From assembly GCA_964440795.1 (NCBI GenBank), contig CAYTTQ010000003.1, positions 9,307 through 73,306 of the forward strand: a stretch of 64,000 bases of DNA, written 5' to 3'. The notes beneath the pieces were generated by a model. The model saw nothing but the letters and a program-made list of their open reading frames with translations, ran no database searches and had not been told where the DNA came from. This stretch comes from an uncultured Desulfobacterales bacterium (GTDB lineage Bacteria; Desulfobacterota; Desulfobacteria; Desulfobacterales; C00003060). Both the position numbers and the translations under genes were made by a program. Positions 1 to 8,027 of the stretch are shown piece by piece (positions within the stretch are counted from its first letter, which is position 1; every line of letters begins with the position of its first letter).

Positions 1-1312
1 CGAGCACTTCCATGCCATGCACCGCCAGGAACTTGGCAATGGTTCCCCCGCCGCCTTCGTCTACCTTTCCCAATTCCCCGGTTTGCCAAACGACCTTGTC
101 ACGATTGAAGATCTTTCGGATCTGCGCCAGATATTCGGCATTGGCATCGCTCGAGCCGTATTTGCCTCGCGAGCCGGTAAACTTTGTAATACAAACACCA
201 TATCCCATCCTGGCGGCGTTATTCTTTTCGTGTACTTCTTGATAGTCGGGATCCAGGGCACCATTTGCGTCGGCCGACAAGGCCCGGGAGCGAAGCAGAC
301 AGGCCCTTAGTACCTTACTGCTCGTCTCTTCGCCTGTTACCTCAAGCAGGTTGGACACCACTTCTTCGAGAAATCGGGATTTGGCACCGGTACTTCCGTC
401 ACTTCCAATTTCCTCTTTGTCCATGAACAATACCAGCCCGGTCTTTTCTTGGCCGTTCGTTTCTGAAATGGCTTCTAAGGACCCGTAAGCACAAAGACGG
501 TCGTCCTGGCCGTAGGCCCCGATTAAACTTCGATCAAATGCTACATCACGGGCGTTTCCGGCAGGAACGACTTCTATTTCCGCGCTCATGAGGTCTTCCT
601 CGATCATCCCATAAGTGGAAAAGAGATAATCCAAGACGGCCAGCTTGAACCGGTCCTGGGTCTTTTCGTCCCCAATGGGTAGACCGCCCACAAGTACGTT
701 GAGTTTTTCCCCTTGAAAGGCGTCGGAGACCTTTTTGTCTGTTTGGACCTTGTGCGACAGGTGAGGCAACAAATCCGAAATAGTGAAAACAGGGTCATCC
801 GGTGCTTCTCCCACCACAATATCGAAGGTCTTGCCATCTTTATTCAATACGGTGCCGTGGATGGCCAAGGGACGACTCAACCATTGATATTTTTTGATGC
901 CCCCGTAATAATGTGTTTTCAGGAAGGCCAGATCGACGTCTTCATAAAGGGGATTTTGTTTGAGGTCCAGCCGTGGCGTGTCGATGTGGGAGACAATGAG
1001 ATTAATCCCGGACGACAAGGGCGCCTTGCCCAGCACGGCCAGGGCAATGTTTTTTTGTTTGGCTACCTGGTAAACCTTACTTTTTTTTCCACTGGCCACA
1101 TCCTGGAATCCACGTTTAACCGCAAAGTCCCTGATTGCACTCACCGCTTCTCGTTCCGTCTTGGCCTTATCCAGAAATGTTTTATACCGATCCGCAAAGG
1201 CGAATACCTCCCGCTTTTCTTTCGTGTTGATGGCGTCCCAAACCAACCGGGATTTCCGACTCACTTTCTTTCTGAGTGCCTCCACCTGTTTTTTGTTCAT
1301 TCGTTCTCTCAT
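1..1312 (-). CDS. apeA: M18 family aminopeptidase (aminopeptidase I-like), 3' end runs off the window
   Basis: Absent from the ORF track because it has no stop in the window. Manual translation gives MRERMNKKQVEALRKK...YKTFLDKAKTEREAV, GAYGQDDRLCAY and KFTGSRGKYGSSDANAEY...WQTGELGKVDEGGGGTIA, all typical M18 motifs. Start is 1312 or 1300. Confidence 0.9.
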   Translation of the reverse strand, partial: MRERMNKKQVEALRKKVSRKSRLVWDAINTKEKREVFAFADRYKTFLDKAKTEREAVSAIRDFAVKRGFQDVASGKKSKVYQVAKQKNIALAVLGKAPLSSGINLIVSHIDTPRLDLKQNPLYEDVDLAFLKTHYYGGIKKYQWLSRPLAIHGTVLNKDGKTFDIVVGEAPDDPVFTISDLLPHLSHKVQTDKKVSDAFQGEKLNVLVGGLPIGDEKTQDRFKLAVLDYLFSTYGMIEEDLMSAEIEVVPAGNARDVAFDRSLIGAYGQDDRLCAYGSLEAISETNGQEKTGLVLFMDKEEIGSDGSTGAKSRFLEEVVSNLLEVTGEETSSKVLRACLLRSRALSADANGALDPDYQEVHEKNNAARMGYGVCITKFTGSRGKYGSSDANAEYLAQIRKIFNRDKVVWQTGELGKVDEGGGGTIAKFLAVHGMEVL

Positions 1313-1414
1313 GGTTTGCGGTTGTTGCCTTTCTGTGTCGATGTATCCGTTTTATTCGGCACGATTCATCACGGATGGCGGAAATCGGATAGGTTTTGTG
1401 ATTCAGAGGCAGCC

Positions 1415-1852
1415 CTAACTTTCCACCATGAGAGTTACCGGCCCGTCATTGACCAGCGATACCGCCATCCTGGCGCGAAAGCGGCCGGTGGCTACGGGGA
1501 TATCTTTGGAACGAAAGCAGCCAACGAAATATTCATAGAGACGGGCGGCCTCTTCGGGCGGTGCTGCATTGCCGAAAGAGGGCCTACGTCCTTTACGGCA
1601 ATCGCCCAGGAGCGTAAACTGAGAAACCACCATGAGTTCCCCGCCCGATTCCACAACCGAGCGATTCATTTTTCCCGACTCATCGTCGAATATTCGCAAG
1701 CCAGCAATTTTGTTTGCTAAATAATCCGCGTCGGCCTGCGTATCGGCGTGCGTAACACCCAAAAGGACAAGTATGCCCGGGCCGATGCGGGCCATCGATT
1801 CCGCTTCTATCCGAACTTCGCAGTGGGTAACCCGTTGAATAAGTGCTCGCAT
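1415..1852 (-). CDS. dtd: D-aminoacyl-tRNA deacylase
   Basis: MRALIQRV start, VSQFTL, GRRPSF and NDGPVT motifs. Start trimmed to the ATG at 1852. Confidence 0.95.
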   Translation of the reverse strand: MRALIQRVTHCEVRIEAESMARIGPGILVLLGVTHADTQADADYLANKIAGLRIFDDESGKMNRSVVESGGELMVVSQFTLLGDCRKGRRPSFGNAAPPEEAARLYEYFVGCFRSKDIPVATGRFRARMAVSLVNDGPVTLMVES

Positions 1853-1888
1853 ACGCCATCCTTGCATATGCCATCCATGCATATGCCA
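1849..1888. repeat. 15-bp tandem repeat, about 2.7 copies, over the dtd start
   Basis: gcatacgccatcctt / gcatatgccatccat / gcatatgcca. Confidence 0.7.
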
Positions 1889-2074
1889 CCGGGGCTGTCC
1901 CGTCGGTTTTGGTTTCTGGCGATCCTAGCACCTTGATTTGACCTGTCAAGGATCGGCTCGACCCCAACTCCCAAACTTGGCGGTGGATTCGAGATTTTCG
2001 CTGCATTGAAATGCGATGGCATTCGTGAGATAAGAGGTGGCGGCAGAGCCAAAGAGGAAAGCGACTCAGAATTC

Positions 2075-4795
2075 ATGAAAAAGTTTCAACCGCCGGGGTC
2101 AAAACGCAAGGCCTATCAGCAGCGACCTAGAAAATCCGGTGCCGGGAAGAGGGTAAAGATCAAACCCAGCGCCGACGCCCGGCTGAAATCCGTTTTTGCC
2201 AAGATCGGCGTTCCGCAGGAGAAGCCTTTTGAACCGGATGCATTTCAAATAAGAGCCCTTTCCGCCGTAGCTGATTCTGACTGTCTGGTATGTGCTCCCA
2301 CCGGTTCGGGGAAGACCTGGATCGCCCAAGAGGCCATTCGGCGGATCCACAATGAGGGCAAACAGGCCTGGTACGCTTCCCCGCTGAAGGCGTTGACGAA
2401 TTCAAAGATGGTCGAATTCGGGTCCCTATTCGGTCGGCAACAGGTGGGAATATTAACGGGAGACCGAAAGGAAAATGCCGATGCACCGATCATCGTGGGT
2501 ACCACCGAAATACTGCGGAATCAACTCTATGACGCCATGCACCAAGGGACGGATCTTGATACGGACCTGGTAATCTTGGACGAGGCCCATTTTTTGGGGG
2601 ATTCGGACCGAGGTGTGGTGTGGGAGGAGGTAATGATTTACCTGCCCCAGCGGATTCACTTGTTGCTTCTGTCGGCCACTATCGGCAATGCATTTCAAAT
2701 CGCCGGTTGGTTGGAATCCATCCGATCGAAAACGTGTCTTGTGGTGGAGGAAAAGAAACGGCCGGTTCCCCTGTTTCCTTTGTTTTTCCATCCCTCCGGC
2801 AGGTTGATGCCCTTGTTGAGCGGCAGAAAGCTGGACAAAAAAGTAAAACGTTTCCTGCACAGCCCTGAACCGCAACTGATCGCCCCCCCCGGGCGCCTTC
2901 CCCCCTTTGGAGATGTTCTCAAGGTGTTGAGAAAGTATGATTTGCTGCCCGCGATATTCTTCATGAAGTCGAGGGCCGACTGCGATGCGGCTTTGGACCG
3001 GTGTATCGCCGGCGGCCGAACCTCTCCGAGGGAAAACCTGAATCGTGCCATAGACGAACTTGCTTCCGGGTCTGTTTATTTGGAAGACCACCGACAGATG
3101 TGGCATTTACGAAACCTGTCTGTGGCCGCCCACCACAGTGGACAGCTTCCTGCCTGGAAGTTATTGGTTGAAGACCTCATGACCGACGGTTGGCTGGAGG
3201 CGGTGTTTGCCACGTCTACCGTGGCAGCGGGGGTGAATTTCCCGGCCAGGAGCGTGGTTTTTCTCAATTCAGATCGCTACAACGGATTCCAGTTTGTGCC
3301 TCTGAACGGAACCGAGTTCCATCAGACGACCGGCCGGGCGGGCCGTCGCGGCAAGGACCGCATCGGCTTTGCGGTGGTCATGCCGACCAAGTACATGGAT
3401 ATACGGTTGATGGCCGATCTCTATGGTTCCGGGCCCGAAGACGTGAACAGCCAGATCCGGATGGATTTTTCCATGGTCCTGAACCTTCTTTTGTCTCACC
3501 GGCCCGATGAGATCGAAGAGATCTTTCATCGGTCCTTTGCCGCTTTTCTGGAGGTCGCCCGACGGGAACCGGGACTCGAGAAGAAATGTCATGCAGCGGG
3601 ACGGGAGGTGATGCGCTTTTTGCCTGAGGCGTTATGTGGCGGTCCGGGAAATGTCTTAGGGCTGATTCGGAAACGCCAGGCACTGATATGGGAGATCAAG
3701 GATTTGCACCGTCGACTCAAAGGGGGCAAGGAATGGCTATCGAAAATGACCCATTTGGAACCGGGCCGGCTCTTTTTGGACCGACGGGGCCGTATGTATT
3801 GTGTGGTGAAAAAACAGACCGGTAGGGGTGCCGAGTCGATACTTGCCGTGCGGGCCAAAAAGAAGCCGGCCTCCGGGCATCAACGGTTGCGACTGCGACG
3901 ATTCGCCCCCAAAAAGGTCTCATACATACTGGACCGGATTGTGCCGTTACCGGAATTGTCCCGTACGGACCAAGTCCGGGCGGCGATTGCTCGGGCTGCG
4001 GCGAGAGGGCCTCAGGCCCTGCCCCAGGATCGTCTCAAGGCGAGCGGGACGACGGCTGAACTGGAAGCCCTTCAGGCCGAATTGACATCCCGGCAGTCAC
4101 AATTGGATGCATTGATCTGTAACGACTGTGCCCATCGCAAGCAATGCCACGGCAGGACCAAAGGGGCTTTTCGTGAGGTGCTTGAACGGTTTTCGGTGCT
4201 GTGGGACCAAATAGATGCGGTTCGCGTCCGCTTACGGAAAGACTTTCTCAGACACCTGGAATTCCTGAAGTCGGAGGGGTTTGTCAATGAAGGCGGACAG
4301 TTGACCGAGGACGGACATTGGGCTTCCCGCCTCCGGCTGGATGAGCCGCTGTTGGTGGCCCAAGCCCTGCGAAGACAGGCCCTCCCCGAGGCGGACCCCG
4401 TTCTCCTTGCCGCCCTGGTCGCTCCTTTTGCCTATGACCGAGAGGCGGAGACCGGAGTCGATTCGTCAAAGCTGTCGCCTCGGCTGTTGGAGGCCTACGA
4501 ACGTATGCAGGCACGGCTGCAGGGGTTGATCAGGAGGAAGGAGGCGAGCGGGTTCGAAGCGAGGCCGATTTCCGTATGGGCAAGTGCGGCGGTTTATGCT
4601 TGGGCCGGCGGCCGGGCATGGGCGGATGTCCTGGCACTGGCGGGTAGTGCGGAGGGCGATCTGGCCATGCTGGTGTTAAGAACCGCCGAAAATCTCAGAC
4701 AAATTGCCGGGTTGAGAGAAGCCTTCCCCGTCATTGCCGAAACCGCCTCGGCGGCGGTTGACCTGATTTTAAAAGAACCGGTTATGTGGGAGTGA
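2075..4795 (+). CDS. Ski2/HelY-like DEAD/DEAH-box helicase
   Basis: APTGSGKT, SPLKALTN, DEAH, AHHSG, ATSTVAAGVN and QTTGRAGRRG motifs, plus a DSHCT-like C-terminus (EGDLAMLVLRTAENLRQI). Start probably the ATG at 2075. Confidence 0.9.
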   Translation: MKKFQPPGSKRKAYQQRPRKSGAGKRVKIKPSADARLKSVFAKIGVPQEKPFEPDAFQIRALSAVADSDCLVCAPTGSGKTWIAQEAIRRIHNEGKQAWYASPLKALTNSKMVEFGSLFGRQQVGILTGDRKENADAPIIVGTTEILRNQLYDAMHQGTDLDTDLVILDEAHFLGDSDRGVVWEEVMIYLPQRIHLLLLSATIGNAFQIAGWLESIRSKTCLVVEEKKRPVPLFPLFFHPSGRLMPLLSGRKLDKKVKRFLHSPEPQLIAPPGRLPPFGDVLKVLRKYDLLPAIFFMKSRADCDAALDRCIAGGRTSPRENLNRAIDELASGSVYLEDHRQMWHLRNLSVAAHHSGQLPAWKLLVEDLMTDGWLEAVFATSTVAAGVNFPARSVVFLNSDRYNGFQFVPLNGTEFHQTTGRAGRRGKDRIGFAVVMPTKYMDIRLMADLYGSGPEDVNSQIRMDFSMVLNLLLSHRPDEIEEIFHRSFAAFLEVARREPGLEKKCHAAGREVMRFLPEALCGGPGNVLGLIRKRQALIWEIKDLHRRLKGGKEWLSKMTHLEPGRLFLDRRGRMYCVVKKQTGRGAESILAVRAKKKPASGHQRLRLRRFAPKKVSYILDRIVPLPELSRTDQVRAAIARAAARGPQALPQDRLKASGTTAELEALQAELTSRQSQLDALICNDCAHRKQCHGRTKGAFREVLERFSVLWDQIDAVRVRLRKDFLRHLEFLKSEGFVNEGGQLTEDGHWASRLRLDEPLLVAQALRRQALPEADPVLLAALVAPFAYDREAETGVDSSKLSPRLLEAYERMQARLQGLIRRKEASGFEARPISVWASAAVYAWAGGRAWADVLALAGSAEGDLAMLVLRTAENLRQIAGLREAFPVIAETASAAVDLILKEPVMWE

Positions 4796-4804
4796 CTCTC
4801 ACAT

Positions 4805-4821
4805 TTGGTACGTCGGTTGCA
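4805..4821 (+). promoter_or_regulatory. Putative sigma54 (-24/-12) promoter
   Basis: TTGGTACGTCGGTTGCA against consensus YTGGCACGNNNNTTGCW. GG and GC are 10 nt apart, directly upstream of two small ORFs. Confidence 0.7.
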
Positions 4822-4868
4822 TATCAGCTGTCTGGTTGCTTCAGATTTTTGATGAATCTGTCGATATG

Positions 4869-5174
4869 ATGGTAGAGGAGAGGCCCAGATGGAACAGAAG
4901 GGGGCTTGTTATGAAATGGGAATCGTGTCATGCGGCGTCAGACGTTTGGGATCCGGATGGGGATGAAGATGCGCAAGATTACGTATGGGGGTCGAGTGAG
5001 CAGGCGAAACAGCGATCCATGTCTTTGTATTTGATTCGATCTATCGTCGAGAAGCACGGCGGGAGTGTTCAGGTGGACCTGGCCACGGATACCCTCTATA
5101 TTGATGTTCCCAAAGAAGAGGCATTCGCCTGTGCGCAGGAAATCGAGGAGCAGGTCGGGTCGATGTGCTGCTAA
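4869..5174 (+). CDS. Small acidic hypothetical protein with a HATPase-like C-terminal segment
   Basis: SLYLIRSIVEKHGGSVQV resembles the helix-GG-strand end of histidine kinase ATPase domains. Start is uncertain (4869 or 4911). Confidence 0.65.
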   Translation: MVEERPRWNRRGLVMKWESCHAASDVWDPDGDEDAQDYVWGSSEQAKQRSMSLYLIRSIVEKHGGSVQVDLATDTLYIDVPKEEAFACAQEIEEQVGSMCC

Positions 5175-5215
5175 GAGCCGGGAGGTTGGTTACAGGCGGC
5201 TGTGAGGATAAAACG

Positions 5216-5563
5216 GTGAACAAGTTACGGGTTAAATGTATCCGGTGTGGTGTGGAGTGGGAAAAAGATTCCGCTGTTGATTGGGGGCCTTCGGATTGCA
5301 GTTCTTCTTTGTGTACGGCGTGTTTTGTTGAGGTCGTGTCTCCCTTGATTCACAAAAAGCAGCGGTCGGAAGGGAACTTCGACTGTTTTGGCAAGGCCGG
5401 CTGTTTTTGTGACCAACTGAACTGTAAGTATCGACAGTGGTGCCTCGCCAATGAGGAGCGGACGCCGACCAATCGTCCCGGCATTTCGGAAGAACAGACC
5501 GATAGTGTTCGGTCCTCCTACCCCGGTGGATCGACCGGGCTGCCCAGTTCCCACCTCTCGTAA
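5216..5563 (+). CDS. Small Cys-rich hypothetical protein (Zn-ribbon plus EGNFDCFG...CDQ..C motif)
   Basis: GTG start after GAGGA. Motifs CIRC, CTAC and QRSEGNFDCFGKAGCFCDQLNCKYRQWC. Confidence 0.7.
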   Translation: MNKLRVKCIRCGVEWEKDSAVDWGPSDCSSSLCTACFVEVVSPLIHKKQRSEGNFDCFGKAGCFCDQLNCKYRQWCLANEERTPTNRPGISEEQTDSVRSSYPGGSTGLPSSHLS

Positions 5564-5595
5564 AAAAAGACGAGAGCCTGATCGGTTGGCCTTTT

Positions 5596-5621
5596 ACGCG
5601 CCGCATTGCGCGTTTTCTTTT
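5596..5621 (+). terminator. Putative intrinsic terminator
   Basis: ACGCGC-cgcatt-GCGCGT stem-loop followed by TTTCTTTT, downstream of the two small ORFs. Confidence 0.55.
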
Positions 5622-5685
5622 CCCTCGATATGACCCTGTAAGGTGCCCTTCTTTTTTTTTGACTGATTTTCTGTCTCCCCATCTT

Positions 5686-5765
5686 TGATCAAGTCGTAAA
5701 AGTCTTCCAATCGTCATGCCGGACTTGGTCCCCGCTGATCACGGGATCTGCCACCGGCATCCAGA
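5686..5765. repeat. REP/MITE-like palindromic element fragment
   Basis: gatcaagtcgtaaaagtc followed by gtcATGCCGGacttg...CCGGCATccag (inverted repeat 5716-5722 / 5754-5760). Resembles gtcatgccggacttgatccggcatcc-type intergenic repeats, with an internal insert. Confidence 0.45.
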
Positions 5766-5904
5766 GTCTTTTTTCTGTCCATATTCGGCTCATAAACGGA
5801 TTGCTTCCGATAAAAAGCCTTTTCCCGGGGCGGTCAGGCCGGCGGGTGTCACACAAACGACACTGCTGTGGGTTCCAACGGGGATTTAGGTTCGCGCCTT
5901 TTCA

Positions 5905-5933
5905 TTGACGAATCCGGGGGTGGGTGCTAAATA
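5905..5933 (+). promoter_or_regulatory. Putative sigma70 promoter of the aconitase operon
   Basis: TTGACG-17 nt-TAAATA with an upstream TG (extended -10 like). Confidence 0.4.
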
Positions 5934-6086
5934 AAAAGTTTACGATCCCGGAGATCTAAGCGTTCGCGCAAAAATAACTTCACAGAATGGGCGCTCGGAT
6001 TGGGTTCGGATTTGTGAAAGGCTACGTACGAATTGGTAAGTTCAGTCCGGCTTTTCGAGTAAGCCACTTGGGAGAAAGGGGCGATT

Positions 6087-8027
6087 GTGCCGGGTAGCAA
6101 TCTTTTTGAAAAGATATTACAAGGTCATGGGGTTGTCCACGGTCCACAACCGGGGAAATCCATAGAAATCCCTATTGATCAGACCCTCACCCAGGACGCA
6201 ACGGGGACGATGGCGTGTTTGCAATTCGAAGCCCTTGGGGTGGCTCGGGTTCGGACAAAGCGATCGGTCAGCTACGTTGATCACAACACCTTTCAGGCCG
6301 GGTTCCAGAATAGTGACGATCACCGATTCCTGCGGTCTTTTGCCGCCAAGTACGGCATTATTTTTTCGGGACCTGGAAACGGGATTTGCCATCAAATTCA
6401 CCTGGAGCGTTTTTCCGAACCCGGAGACACCCTTTTGGGATCGGACAGTCATACGTCCACCGGTGGGGGCATGGGAATGTTGGCCATTGGTGCCGGTGGG
6501 CTTGATGTGGCGCTTGCCATGGCGGGAGAACCGTTTCGGCTGAAGTGTCCCGAAGTCGTCCTCATTCGACTGGAAGGGGCTTTGCCGCCATGGGTTACGG
6601 CCAAGGATGTGATTCTGGAGTTATTGAGGCAGGTTTCCGTGAAAGGGGGGGTGGGGCGAATATTCGAATACGGCGGGTCGGGCGTGGCGACGTTATCGGT
6701 GCCCGAACGCGGAACCATTGCCAACATGGGTGCGGAAACCGGGGCGACGACGTCGATTTTTCCCAGTGACGGGGTAACCCAAGCCTTCTTGGCATCCCAA
6801 TCCCGCGAGCAGGATTGGCATCCGCTTACCGCCGATCCTGATGCGTCTTATGCCGGGGTAATGACCGTCGATCTCGGGACCCTGGACCCCATGATCGCCA
6901 AGCCCCACATGCCCGATCAGGTCTGTCCGGTGAATGAGGTGGCGGGTACGAAACTGGACCAAGTGGCGGTGGGCAGCTGTACCAATTCGTCCTATAAGGA
7001 TCTTGCTACTGTGGCTGCCATTGTAAAGGGACGACGACTCCCGGCGAGCACCGACCTGGTTGTATCTCCAGGTTCCCGGCAGGTGTTGAGTGCCCTCGCT
7101 GAGAGTGGGGCGTTGAGGGACTTGATAGAAGCCGGTGCACGGATCATGGAATGCGCCTGCGGGCCCTGTATCGGCATCGGGCAGTCTCCCCCCACCAAAG
7201 GAACCAGCCTGAGAACCTTCAATCGTAATTTCAAGGGGCGCAGCGGGACCCTGGACGCCGGGTTGTATCTGAGCAGTCCCGAGGTGGCCGCCGTTTCCGC
7301 GTTAAAGGGAGAAATAACGGATCCCCGATCTTTCGGCCGGCCGCCGGAGGTGGATGTGCCGACCCGCTTTCCCGATATTGACCATTTGTTTTTGAAGCCC
7401 GCCGAGAATCCGGAAACAGTGGAGATCATTCGGGGACCCAACATCAAGGCCTTGCCCACAGGGCGGGAAATGGCCCAAGACCTCGCAGGGCGGGTGCTGA
7501 TATGCCTGGGCCATGACGTCACCACGGATGACATCATGCCCGCCGGCGCGCACATCCTTTCCCTGCGATCGAATCTGCCGGCCATATCGGAATATGTTTT
7601 TTCCCATGTTGATCCCGATTTTTCCCGCCGGGCACGAGAGATGGGCGGTGGGTTTATCGTCGCCGGTCGAAACTATGGACAGGGCTCCAGCCGCGAGCAT
7701 GCGGCTCTGGCGCCCATGTTTTTGGGAATTAAAGGGGTGATCGCCCTTTCGTTCGCCCGGATTCATCGCTCTAATTTGATTAATTTTGGTATCTTGCCCA
7801 TGATATTGGCGCAAGCGGCGGACAAAGAAAGAATTCAGCCGGAAGATGAACTTTGGATCCAAGACAGTGCCCATGGTATTCGTTCGGGCAGGGGACATCT
7901 TCAGGTGATGGACCGAACTCAAGGGTTTTCATTTGATGTTCTTCTGGATTTGGACCAAAGGGAAAGATCCGTGGTGGTGTCCGGAGGGCGGTTGAATCAG
8001 TTTAGACAAAAGAGGATGTCATGCTGA
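6087..8027 (+). CDS. Aconitate hydratase (short bacterial/archaeal type with C-terminal swivel domain)
   Basis: TQDATGT, GICHQIHLE, GSDSHT, GSCTN, CGPCIG, RTFNRNFKGRSG, TTDDIMPAG and NYGQGSSREHAA motifs. Confidence 0.92.
   Translation: MPGSNLFEKILQGHGVVHGPQPGKSIEIPIDQTLTQDATGTMACLQFEALGVARVRTKRSVSYVDHNTFQAGFQNSDDHRFLRSFAAKYGIIFSGPGNGICHQIHLERFSEPGDTLLGSDSHTSTGGGMGMLAIGAGGLDVALAMAGEPFRLKCPEVVLIRLEGALPPWVTAKDVILELLRQVSVKGGVGRIFEYGGSGVATLSVPERGTIANMGAETGATTSIFPSDGVTQAFLASQSREQDWHPLTADPDASYAGVMTVDLGTLDPMIAKPHMPDQVCPVNEVAGTKLDQVAVGSCTNSSYKDLATVAAIVKGRRLPASTDLVVSPGSRQVLSALAESGALRDLIEAGARIMECACGPCIGIGQSPPTKGTSLRTFNRNFKGRSGTLDAGLYLSSPEVAAVSALKGEITDPRSFGRPPEVDVPTRFPDIDHLFLKPAENPETVEIIRGPNIKALPTGREMAQDLAGRVLICLGHDVTTDDIMPAGAHILSLRSNLPAISEYVFSHVDPDFSRRAREMGGGFIVAGRNYGQGSSREHAALAPMFLGIKGVIALSFARIHRSNLINFGILPMILAQAADKERIQPEDELWIQDSAHGIRSGRGHLQVMDRTQGFSFDVLLDLDQRERSVVVSGGRLNQFRQKRMSC

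Noticed and set aside
713-1720. 335-aa plus-strand ORF
   Set aside because: It is an antisense shadow of the M18 aminopeptidase and dtd, which carry the recognisable motifs.
5630-5700. Possible cobalamin riboswitch (aaggtgccc) upstream of aconitase
   Set aside because: The following GGGAA/GGTG/AAxTCC and B12-box elements are missing.
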